42,629 nt of DNA from a virus (Duplodnaviria; Caudoviricetes), in IMG/VR virus record IMGVR_UViG_3300033153_008261, positions 1 to 42,629 of that record. One strand, 5' to 3'. Of this stretch, positions 1 through 6,647 are shown piece by piece (the first letter of the stretch is position 1; each line of letters begins with the position of its first letter). The position numbers and the translations under genes are program-made. Below the pieces are notes generated by a model. It searched no databases. It was not told the DNA's origin and saw only the letters and a program-made list of their open reading frames with translations.

Positions 1-2
1 CG

Positions 3-554
3 GTCCGACAGGCGCAGGAAGACGGTCACGAGGTTGTGACTCCCAAGCAGTATGACAAAATTTGTCGCATGGGGCAGGCCGTGATGGATCATCCTCTGGC
101 TGGGAGGCTTTTCTCCGGCGGCGTGGCCGAGACCAGCTGTTTCACCACGGAGCTTTACCCGGGCCTGCTGTGCAAATGCCGCCCCGATTACATGCACCCG
201 GAAGACGGAATCATTGTGGACCTGAAGTATTTCAATGACTTACGGGAAGACGAGTTGACCAAGCAATGCTATCGGATGCGATATCACTGGCAATCCGACT
301 GGTACCTCGGGATTGTCTCGGCGATTCTCCAAAAGAAGACTGACAAATTTTATCACGTCTTCGTCGAGGAACCCCAGGACGAGCACGACCACATCGGCGT
401 GCGCGTGGCCGCTTTGGACAACGCTTCGCTGGAAAAAGCCCGGTACGACTACGCTCCAATCGTGGAAGGGATTCGGGAAGCCATGGCCCAGGACGAATGG
501 CCGTCTTACCCGACCGAGGCTGTTGATATCTCACTGCCCACATGGGCGTGGTAG
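3..554 (+). CDS. RecE/exonuclease VIII-like PD-(D/E)xK nuclease (DUF3799-like), C-terminal part; N-terminus is at 42301..42629
   Basis: Frame open from position 3 (VRQAQEDGHEVVTPKQYD...). Motifs AETS, CKCRPD, IVDLK, YHWQ..WY, FVFVE-like FYHVFVE, WPSY. Lies directly upstream of a Bet-like annealase. Confidence 0.88.
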   Translation, partial: VRQAQEDGHEVVTPKQYDKICRMGQAVMDHPLAGRLFSGGVAETSCFTTELYPGLLCKCRPDYMHPEDGIIVDLKYFNDLREDELTKQCYRMRYHWQSDWYLGIVSAILQKKTDKFYHVFVEEPQDEHDHIGVRVAALDNASLEKARYDYAPIVEGIREAMAQDEWPSYPTEAVDISLPTWAW

Positions 555-562
555 GGGGTTCT

Positions 563-1189
563 ATGTCACCCGGAAAAGTTAAAATCGGAGCAAAGACGCT
601 GGAACTATCGTTTCTCGATATCAACCAGAGCCATCTGGACGTGATCAGGGAGTCCTCTGGCAAGGCACTATCAGACGAGGAGCTACGTCTCTTTATTGCG
701 ACGGCCGACCGGAAGAAATTGGACCCGTTGAAGCGTCAGATCTATGCCATTGTGCGACCGGCCAAAGGCGGCGGCTCGTACATGAACATCATGACGGCAA
801 TCGACGGGCTTCGGGCGGTGGCCGCTCGGACCGGATCGTACGCAGGGAAGGATTCACCGGTCTTCTCAGACCCCACAGACGCCACACAAAGCTGTTCTGT
901 GACCGTCTACAAGATTGTCCAAGGCCAGAGGGTTCCGTTCCAGGAAATAGCCTTCTGGGACGAATATTACCCCAAGGGACAGCCCAGCCAGAAGATGTGG
1001 GATTCCATGCCAAGGTCCCAGCTGGCCAAGTGCTGCGAGGCCCGGGCATTACGCGCGGCTTTCCCGGAGGATTTGGGAGGGCTTTACATCACTGACGAAA
1101 TGCATCAAGCGGACGGTACCAAAATTGAGCCAGCCAAAAGCAAGGCGGCGGCGCTGAACGACAAGTTTTTGAAGAAAGGAAAAGTTTAA
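563..1189 (+). CDS. bet: Red-beta/Bet-family single-strand annealing protein
   Basis: LDPLKRQIY, IDGLRAVAARTG, W..MP..QLAKCCEARALRAAFPEDLGGLYITDEM are typical lambda Bet motifs. Start placed at ATG 563, just after the upstream stop. Confidence 0.9.
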   Translation: MSPGKVKIGAKTLELSFLDINQSHLDVIRESSGKALSDEELRLFIATADRKKLDPLKRQIYAIVRPAKGGGSYMNIMTAIDGLRAVAARTGSYAGKDSPVFSDPTDATQSCSVTVYKIVQGQRVPFQEIAFWDEYYPKGQPSQKMWDSMPRSQLAKCCEARALRAAFPEDLGGLYITDEMHQADGTKIEPAKSKAAALNDKFLKKGKV

Positions 1190-1199
1190 CTCCGCATCT

Positions 1200-1330
1200 C
1201 CAACCGCCGAGGTCATGGGCGGGGTTCGTAGTCGCGGGGTGCCGGTGTCCGACCGGTCATTTTGGCTACGGACTAGGGTAAATGGTTCGGGTTCCCCCCG
1301 GGCGCCATTCGTGACCACCGGGGGGTATTT
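1200..1330 (+). other. Structured intergenic region (three hairpins rich in G-U pairs)
   Basis: GTTCGTAGTC/GGCTACGGAC stem enclosing CCGGT-GTCCG-ACCGG; CCCCCCGG/CCGGGGGG stem followed by TATTT; CCGCC/GGCGG stem. Confidence 0.5.
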
Positions 1331-1356
1331 ATAAACTCTTGAAAGGAGACATGAAA

Positions 1357-1725
1357 ATGAGAAAGAAGAAGTTGAGCAAACGATTACTTGAAATGCTAAA
1401 GGCTGGCGCGGCCGACGTGACCAAAGGGTTCATCGGAAACTGCAATATTTCAAATGCGGAGATGAACAGGGAAGAACATGGGCCGCATTGGGATGAATCA
1501 TTCACGAACGCTGGGTGTTGTGGCTCATGGTGTTATGACAGCAAGCGAGGCCTGATGCTGCTCGATCCCGAGACAGGTAAACAGCCTGTGCATAGCAGCT
1601 ACCACATTTGCGCGGCCGACGTTAAACGCATGGTGCAGGCTGTCACGACCAAGCGGACATTCCGTAAGGATTTCCTGACCCAAAGCCGGAAACAGGAAAA
1701 CCAGATCAAGAAAGAGGCCTGCTAA
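1357..1725 (+). CDS. Hypothetical protein
   Basis: ORF with GAAAGGAG RBS. Stop overlaps the next start (TAATG). Confidence 0.7.
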   Translation: MRKKKLSKRLLEMLKAGAADVTKGFIGNCNISNAEMNREEHGPHWDESFTNAGCCGSWCYDSKRGLMLLDPETGKQPVHSSYHICAADVKRMVQAVTTKRTFRKDFLTQSRKQENQIKKEAC

Positions 1726-2093
1726 TGCGTTTCGAAATCACGATGAAAATCGGCGAGGCACTTCAACTCAAGCTCTCGGATGAAGCCAAGGACGAGAAGG
1801 ACATTTTCCAAAAAGTGTCATTCTTCCAGACGCTTCCGAGGCAGTGCGGGGGTTGCCGAGGTACTGACCTGGCCCTGATGTACGCCAACCGGAAAGGGTA
1901 CGATTTCTACTCGCTGTTGTGCAACTCATGCGGTCAGGAATTGAAGATGGGGCAGACCAAAGAGGGTCAGCGCCTGTTCCCGAAGGGATGGGAGGCTCCC
2001 CACAACCAGTCAGGTGGTGGCGCTCCCCAGGGTGGGGATACTCCTGGCGAACCGCCTCCGGGTGAGCCGCCGCAAGACGGCAGGAAGTGGTAA
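1725..2093 (+). CDS. Hypothetical Zn-ribbon protein with disordered Gly/Pro C-terminal tail
   Basis: CGGC...CNSC pairs; tail GGDTPGEPPPGEPPQDGRKW; translationally coupled to the upstream gene. Confidence 0.75.
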   Translation: MRFEITMKIGEALQLKLSDEAKDEKDIFQKVSFFQTLPRQCGGCRGTDLALMYANRKGYDFYSLLCNSCGQELKMGQTKEGQRLFPKGWEAPHNQSGGGAPQGGDTPGEPPPGEPPQDGRKW

Positions 2094-2096
2094 TTT

Positions 2097-2158
2097 CTCT
2101 GGACCTTTAATGCGTTGGTCCGGGTGGTCGGGTGGCATGGTGCTGCCCGGCCTATTTT
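2097..2158 (+). terminator. Tandem hairpins; the second is terminator-like
   Basis: TCTGGACC/GGTCCGGG, then one nt, then GGTCGGGTGGCA-TGG-TGCTGCCCGGCC followed by TATTTT. Confidence 0.45.
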
Positions 2159-2163
2159 AACAA

Positions 2164-2239
2164 TAGGGGTTAGTTTAGTTTGGAAAAACACCGGGTTGTG
2201 GCCCCGGCGTGGCGGGTTCGAGACCCGCACCCCTGACCA
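2164..2239 (+). tRNA. tRNA with GUG (His) anticodon and atypical acceptor end
   Basis: 76-nt cloverleaf: TAGGGGT/ACCCCTG acceptor, GTTT/AAAC D-stem with AG..GG loop, CCGGG-TTGTGGC-CCCGG anticodon arm, GCGGG-TTCGAGA-CCCGC T-arm, A73 and encoded CCA. Confidence 0.9.
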
Positions 2240-2254
2240 AAACGAGGGGGAAGT

Positions 2255-2596
2255 ATGGTTTTACAAGCACTGAAAAGTATGTCGGAAGTTTACGGAGTCA
2301 AAGTCGCTCACAGCGCCAAAGATGATGCAGAGGGTAAGTATATCTGTATCGACCATGACGAAAATGTCATCGGGTTCCGGATGCAAAACGGCCCGGTCAA
2401 GGAAGTAGGCGTCAATGGCTGTCATGTGGATACGATTGTCGCAACGTCCATCAAAATTATCCACCACCTGAACAAGGCGCTGCCATGTCGCCAGAATGAG
2501 CAGGCCATGCTTGCGCTGGAAAATGCCTTGATGGCTCTGGAGTCCCGGAAGAAAGACAGAGTAAGCCGGGGAGTGGAAGGAACATCGAAGGAGTGA
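2255..2596 (+). CDS. tad1: Tad1-family (Thoeris anti-defence 1) nucleotide-signal sponge
   Basis: QNGPVKEVGVNG, PCRQNEQA..ALENAL..L..R..DRVSRGVEGT match the Tad1 signature (QEGPIKE.GVNG...CRENA.A...EEAL.WL..R...R..RGVEGT). Confidence 0.82.
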   Translation: MVLQALKSMSEVYGVKVAHSAKDDAEGKYICIDHDENVIGFRMQNGPVKEVGVNGCHVDTIVATSIKIIHHLNKALPCRQNEQAMLALENALMALESRKKDRVSRGVEGTSKE

Positions 2597-2602
2597 CAAT
2601 TT

Positions 2603-2706
2603 TTGCGGGCACATTCGACATTCCCAGCCCGCAATCGGTCGGCACGTCCTTAATTCATCGGGGGTTCGCACCTGGGGTTGGGTTAATGTGGCGTGTCGGC
2701 TTTTTT
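2603..2706 (+). promoter_or_regulatory. Attenuator-like leader with terminator hairpin upstream of ORF 2718
   Basis: Hairpin TTGCGGGC/GCCCGCAA; long stem GTCGGCACGTC/GGCGTGTCGGC followed by T6; a competing 13-bp helix 2618-2630 with 2675-2689. Confidence 0.5.
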
Positions 2707-2717
2707 AAGGAGAAATA

Positions 2718-2930
2718 ATGCCTGATTATTGCGCTTGCAGAGACAAAACGTGTGAAAAACGGCTGAAATGTGCCAGGTACCGGATGATTTGGGAGACGCA
2801 CCAAAACTATTCCCACTCATTGAAGTCCAACAAAAAGCATTTTGACTGTGTGCGTTTTGTAGACACAGCCGGTGGCGCCCCATTCGCTCTGATGCCAGAA
2901 GACAAGGCAGACAAGTTCCATACGAGGTAG
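2718..2930 (+). CDS. Small Cys-rich hypothetical phage protein
   Basis: AAGGAG RBS; MPDYCAC....C.KR..CARY pattern common in small phage proteins. Confidence 0.75.
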   Translation: MPDYCACRDKTCEKRLKCARYRMIWETHQNYSHSLKSNKKHFDCVRFVDTAGGAPFALMPEDKADKFHTR

Positions 2931-2932
2931 AC

Positions 2933-3316
2933 ATGCACCAACTAGCTGTAATTTGGAATAAAAACTGTGGTGACTTGTCGAAGGTCCGGGGTACGTCGGG
3001 CAAGCGGCTCAAATCGGCCGTCGCCAGATGGAACGAACAACCATACCGTACCTTCTGGATCAACATTATCGCCAGGATAAGGCGCTCTCAGTTCTGTACC
3101 GGGAAGAATGACAGGTGCTGGACAGCGGACTTTGATTTCATGATCCGGCCCGGCTCACTCGACAAAATCATGGAGGGGAAATACGACAACAAGGACATGC
3201 CCACCCACGCGCCGGCGCCCTACGTCCACAAGGAAGAACCGGCAATCGTGGTCGATCCTGAGAAGGTCCGGTCAAATATCGCCGCTATCAAGGCGAAATT
3301 ACAGAGGAAGGGATAG
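2933..3316 (+). CDS. Stand-alone C-terminal domain of a phage replication initiator/replisome organiser
   Basis: SQFCTGKNDRCWTADFDFMIRPGSLDKIMEGKY matches the F..G.NDR.W.A.FD(F/W)L......K+.EG.Y motif of phage O-like proteins. No N-terminal DNA-binding domain. Confidence 0.7.
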   Translation: MHQLAVIWNKNCGDLSKVRGTSGKRLKSAVARWNEQPYRTFWINIIARIRRSQFCTGKNDRCWTADFDFMIRPGSLDKIMEGKYDNKDMPTHAPAPYVHKEEPAIVVDPEKVRSNIAAIKAKLQRKG

Positions 3317-3318
3317 CG

Positions 3319-3420
3319 ATGTTGGAATGCTTACAGGCGAATTGGATGGGGACGCTTGGCTGGATATTAGTCGGCGTAGCAATTGGCTGGCTGGGCCACG
3401 AACTAACGAGGGATTGGTGA
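3319..3420 (+). CDS. Small single-TM protein (33 aa)
   Basis: MLECLQANWMGTLGWILVGVAIGWLGHELTRDW, read manually; GAAGGGA RBS. Confidence 0.55.
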   Translation: MLECLQANWMGTLGWILVGVAIGWLGHELTRDW

Positions 3421-3454
3421 TGAAATCAGAGCGCGCCCAGAAGGGGGGAGACGC

Positions 3455-3574
3455 ATGAGTAGGCTATTATGTTGGTTTGGTCTGCACAAGTGGGATTATG
3501 AATTGATATACCCGCCCCGTGGGTTCCCTAGGTTTTTTTGTAAGAGATGCGGCCTACCGGAAGTGAGAGAATGA
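3455..3574 (+). CDS. Small Zn-binding protein (DUF1660-like)
   Basis: MSRLLCWFGLHKW...FCKRCG (39 aa), read manually; GGGGAG RBS. Confidence 0.65.
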   Translation: MSRLLCWFGLHKWDYELIYPPRGFPRFFCKRCGLPEVRE

Positions 3575-3575
3575 T

Positions 3576-3974
3576 ATGACCGAATACCCCTGCACAATAT
3601 GCGAATCGGTTGAAAAATGCGACGCAGCAAAGGAGATCCCAAAGCTCCGCACCCAACTAGCAGCCAGCGAGGCGACCGTGGAGAAATTCCAGGGGTATGT
3701 TAACAAACTGCTACTAGGTAGGCCAAGCCATTGCGCGCATGTTGACCAATGGAAAGAACATTGGGCGCTAGAAGATGAGTGCCGCAAAGCCCTAGCCGCC
3801 ACCCCAGCCTCAAATCTCCAGAAGCGAGACCGGGAACAGCAGGCCGTGGGCTTCCAGGAAGGAATGGATACAGCGGCTAAAATTGTGGCTATGAAATACG
3901 GGGACGATCCGGAGGGGTTGATCCGATTCGTTGCAAAAACGTACGAAGCCGACCGGCACGCCAAGGGGGAGTGA
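3576..3974 (+). CDS. Hypothetical protein
   Basis: ORF tiling the operon; stop overlaps the next start. Confidence 0.65.
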   Translation: MTEYPCTICESVEKCDAAKEIPKLRTQLAASEATVEKFQGYVNKLLLGRPSHCAHVDQWKEHWALEDECRKALAATPASNLQKRDREQQAVGFQEGMDTAAKIVAMKYGDDPEGLIRFVAKTYEADRHAKGE

Positions 3975-4198
3975 TGGCTCACTTCTTACTCAATACACCA
4001 GAGGTCAATCTGGTCCGGCTGGCGCTGCTTAGTTTCAAAGAAGAGTGCAGGGAAAAAGCCAAAGATTACATGATGGAGCCACAATACAGTGAGGTAATGG
4101 ACCGAGCAAGCCGCGCCAACATGCTGCTTCGTAGAATTCAACAAGGCCGTTTGAATCCCGATGACGACGGGTTCGGCGAGCCAAGGAAGGGGAAGTGA
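3971..4198 (+). CDS. Hypothetical protein
   Basis: AAGGGGGA RBS; coupled overlaps at both ends. Confidence 0.65.
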   Translation: MMAHFLLNTPEVNLVRLALLSFKEECREKAKDYMMEPQYSEVMDRASRANMLLRRIQQGRLNPDDDGFGEPRKGK

Positions 4199-4572
4199 TG
4201 GATAGATTTTGGCCGGAGTCGGCACGATGGACTGAAAATGATGTGAGCGATAAAGGGTGGTCAAATAAGGAAAGGATTGATTTTTCTGTCGCCAGAGCAC
4301 TTCAATATTTGACCGATCCGGACAGGAAAGACCGTCTTAAGGCTGGTGTTTGTAAGGCATGTTTTTACGGTGGGTCCAAACTTGGCGGGGCTGCCATGAC
4401 GAATTGGAATTGTCGTGTGTGCCTAGAAGACCAGCCTATGTGGGGCAGTACGGCTACACCGATGCTTTGTCCCAAATGTGCCAAGAAATATCATCTCTGC
4501 CAAGAGTGCGGGGCAGATATCCATTTAAGAGTTCGGCGGAACAACGCTCCAGAACTGCCAAAGACAAAGTAA
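4195..4572 (+). CDS. Multi-CxxC Zn-finger hypothetical protein
   Basis: CKAC, CRVC, CPKC, CQEC motifs. Confidence 0.75.
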   Translation: MMDRFWPESARWTENDVSDKGWSNKERIDFSVARALQYLTDPDRKDRLKAGVCKACFYGGSKLGGAAMTNWNCRVCLEDQPMWGSTATPMLCPKCAKKYHLCQECGADIHLRVRRNNAPELPKTK

Positions 4573-4580
4573 TTTAATCA

Positions 4581-4663
4581 GAGGGGGACCTGCCCAGAGA
4601 TGGGGATGGTAGGTGGATTCGGTAATACCGTAGTTTCCGGTTCGATTCCGGACCCCCGTACCA
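4581..4663 (+). ncRNA. tRNA-like RNA with T-arm and ACCA end but no anticodon arm
   Basis: GGGGG/CCCCC acceptor core, TCCGG-TTCGATT-CCGGA T-arm, 3' ACCA. The interior forms a GAGA-capped arm and a CGGT-AAT-ACCG arm instead of D and anticodon arms. Confidence 0.6.
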
Positions 4664-4679
4664 AAAAAGGAGAGAAGCG

Positions 4680-4973
4680 ATGGACAAAATTATCGCTGGC
4701 ATCGCGCTGCTATGTTCGTACCTATCCGGAGCGCCAGCACTGGAATGCCGGGAATGGGTGATGAAATGCGCCGAGCAAACCGCCGAGACCAATAACGCAG
4801 AATATAAGAAATCCTACGTGGAGTGCCGCATGGAATCGGTGACAATTTGCGCAACCTACGTGTACTCGCGGAAGATCCGGGACAGGGCTTGTGATCAGCA
4901 GGGATGTATGTCGCCGATTTTTGCGTACGCCGATTATTACGTGGATGATTGCTTCAAAAAGTTCAGGAAATAA
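4680..4973 (+). CDS. Putative exported Cys-rich protein
   Basis: AAGGAG RBS; N-terminus MDKIIAGIALLCSYLSGAPA resembles a signal peptide; 8 Cys in 97 aa. Confidence 0.65.
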   Translation: MDKIIAGIALLCSYLSGAPALECREWVMKCAEQTAETNNAEYKKSYVECRMESVTICATYVYSRKIRDRACDQQGCMSPIFAYADYYVDDCFKKFRK

Positions 4974-4978
4974 AAAAA

Positions 4979-5450
4979 CCCCAGGTTCCACTTGCAGAAA
5001 GCGGAGGCCCTGGGGCAAGATCGTTTTATCACGCAACGACGGCTCCCACTCTACCGACAATCCGGGACCGTCGCAAGGCTTAACCCTCACTTGTGAAACA
5101 GGGTTAAAAACAGCCCGAATCCCGGGCGACGAAAGTGGGAAGCATCGAAAGATGACGTCCAGGTCGCAATTCCAATTCATGAACAGCAGTATCAGGAGCA
5201 TGATGGCTGGGTTGTGTCGTGTGGCCGAGAGGCCGACCATGTGTGCGGGCAGACGTTCTGTTCGCCTTCCAGATGACGCGCGGAACCGGGCCATGCCTGA
5301 GCCAGCGACTCGTATCGTTGGTTGAGTCTTGCCCCGGTTGACGTAAGTCTGGTCGATACCCGATCCATGCAGGCGCTTAATGCGCAGGCAGGAGAATAGT
5401 AGAAGTTTAAATAAAGAGTGACGCGGTGGCCCGTGCAGGCGCGTGTTTTT
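4979..5450 (+). ncRNA. Candidate large structured non-coding RNA or origin region
   Basis: Many hairpins, several GNRA-capped: CATC-GAAA-GATG 5143-5154, GGCC-GAGA-GGCC 5223-5234, GAC-GTAA-GTC 5340-5349, AC-GAAA-GT 5129-5136, TTAACCCT/AGGGTTAA 5080-5107, GCGGGCAG/CTGTTCGC 5245-5265. No convincing ORF. Confidence 0.5.
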
Positions 5451-5503
5451 AGTAGAATTCTGTGGGGGCGGCGTTATAGGCTCGTGACAGGGAGAAACTT
5501 TTC

Positions 5504-5989
5504 ATGATCCTTGGCATTGACCCCGGTAAAAAAGGTGGGCTTGTGGTGCTGGACTCGGCCGGCAAGCTGTCCCAGAAACACGCGATGCCCATGATCGGCA
5601 AAGAGGTGGACTTCACCAGGCTTGGGGACCTCTTCAAAAATTGGGCACGGCCTGGCCGGATCGACCACGCCTTCATGGAGAAGGTCGGGACCAATCCAAT
5701 ATTCTCCCGGGCAGCCAGCTTCGAGTTCGGCCGCATGGTCGGGGTGCTTGAGGCAACGCTGGCGTACGGTGGCATTCCCACCACCCAGGTTCCCCCCAAG
5801 GTATGGCAAAAAGCTGTCCACGCCGGAGTGACCAAAGAGAAGGACCCGAAGAAGCGCAGCCTCATCGCGGCGGACCGCCTGTTCCCGGGCGCGGACTTCC
5901 GAGCCAGCCTCTCCTGTCGGAAACCTCATGACGGAATCGTGGACGCAGCCCTAATAGCTGAGTACGGACGTAGGACATTAATGAATTAA
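5504..5989 (+). CDS. RuvC-like Holliday junction resolvase
   Basis: ILGIDPG, FMEKV, SFEFG, V.PKVWQK, DGIVDAALIAEYG. Confidence 0.9.
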   Translation: MILGIDPGKKGGLVVLDSAGKLSQKHAMPMIGKEVDFTRLGDLFKNWARPGRIDHAFMEKVGTNPIFSRAASFEFGRMVGVLEATLAYGGIPTTQVPPKVWQKAVHAGVTKEKDPKKRSLIAADRLFPGADFRASLSCRKPHDGIVDAALIAEYGRRTLMN

Positions 5990-6078
5990 CCCGTGTGCCC
6001 GGCCGATCTGAGCCCCCGGGAGGCGCAATCCCTGGCGATCTGAGGGGCTCTAGGGGTAGATCAGGACCCAGGAGACCA

Positions 6079-6390
6079 ATGAGACACGATTTGGCCAAGA
6101 AAAAGAGAATCGTAAACCGGAAGTTGATCGAGGAAGCAAAGGAAGCACCGTGTATTGCGTGCGGCGTCATGCCTGCTGGGGATGCCCATCATGTCACGTC
6201 GGTGAAAACTGGTGGTGACGACGTGGTCAACAACCTGATCCCCTTGTGCCGTGGACACCACACAGAATTTCATGTCATGTATTGGTCTCGATTCATGAGA
6301 GCATACCCGTCCGTAAAGATCTGGCTGGAATTGGCCGGCCGAAACGACATCATCGAGAAATCCGAGGAGAGAACATGCAACCAATTCTAG
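6079..6390 (+). CDS. HNH-like nuclease (DUF968/HNHc-like)
   Basis: PCIACG..DAHHV....GGDD..NNLIPLCRGHHTEFH; AGGAG RBS before ATG 6079. Confidence 0.8.
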   Translation: MRHDLAKKKRIVNRKLIEEAKEAPCIACGVMPAGDAHHVTSVKTGGDDVVNNLIPLCRGHHTEFHVMYWSRFMRAYPSVKIWLELAGRNDIIEKSEERTCNQF

Positions 6391-6647
6391 ACAGGACAAA
6401 CCCCGAAGCCGTCATCATCTGCGCCAGCTGTGGCAAGCCGCTGTGGAGATTTAGAGTGCTGGGCAAGATGTCCCACGGCGCCAAGGAGATGTCCAAGGAT
6501 GTGCCGTCCATGTTCTCAATGAATTACAAGCACCTGGATCATCGGATGGAGTGCCCGCTGTGCTCCGGTCCGATCCCGCACTACTCCAATAAGAAATGGA
6601 CGCTCAAGCTGTTGGATACCCACGGCAATGCGTTCACTATCGATTAG
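6375..6647 (+). CDS. Zn-ribbon hypothetical protein
   Basis: CASC and CPLC; GAGGAG RBS before ATG 6375; converges on the late operon end. Confidence 0.65.
   Translation: MQPILDRTNPEAVIICASCGKPLWRFRVLGKMSHGAKEMSKDVPSMFSMNYKHLDHRMECPLCSGPIPHYSNKKWTLKLLDTHGNAFTID

Noticed and set aside
4581-4663. tRNA-Sec or tmRNA call for the tRNA-like element
   Set aside because: No TCA anticodon loop, no G3:U70 pair, and far too short for tmRNA.
4722-5325. ORFs 4722..5294 (-) and 4891..5325 (+) as real genes
   Set aside because: No RBS, Arg/Ser/Pro-rich non-protein-like composition, overlap with the better-supported 4680..4973 gene, and the region is better explained by RNA hairpins.
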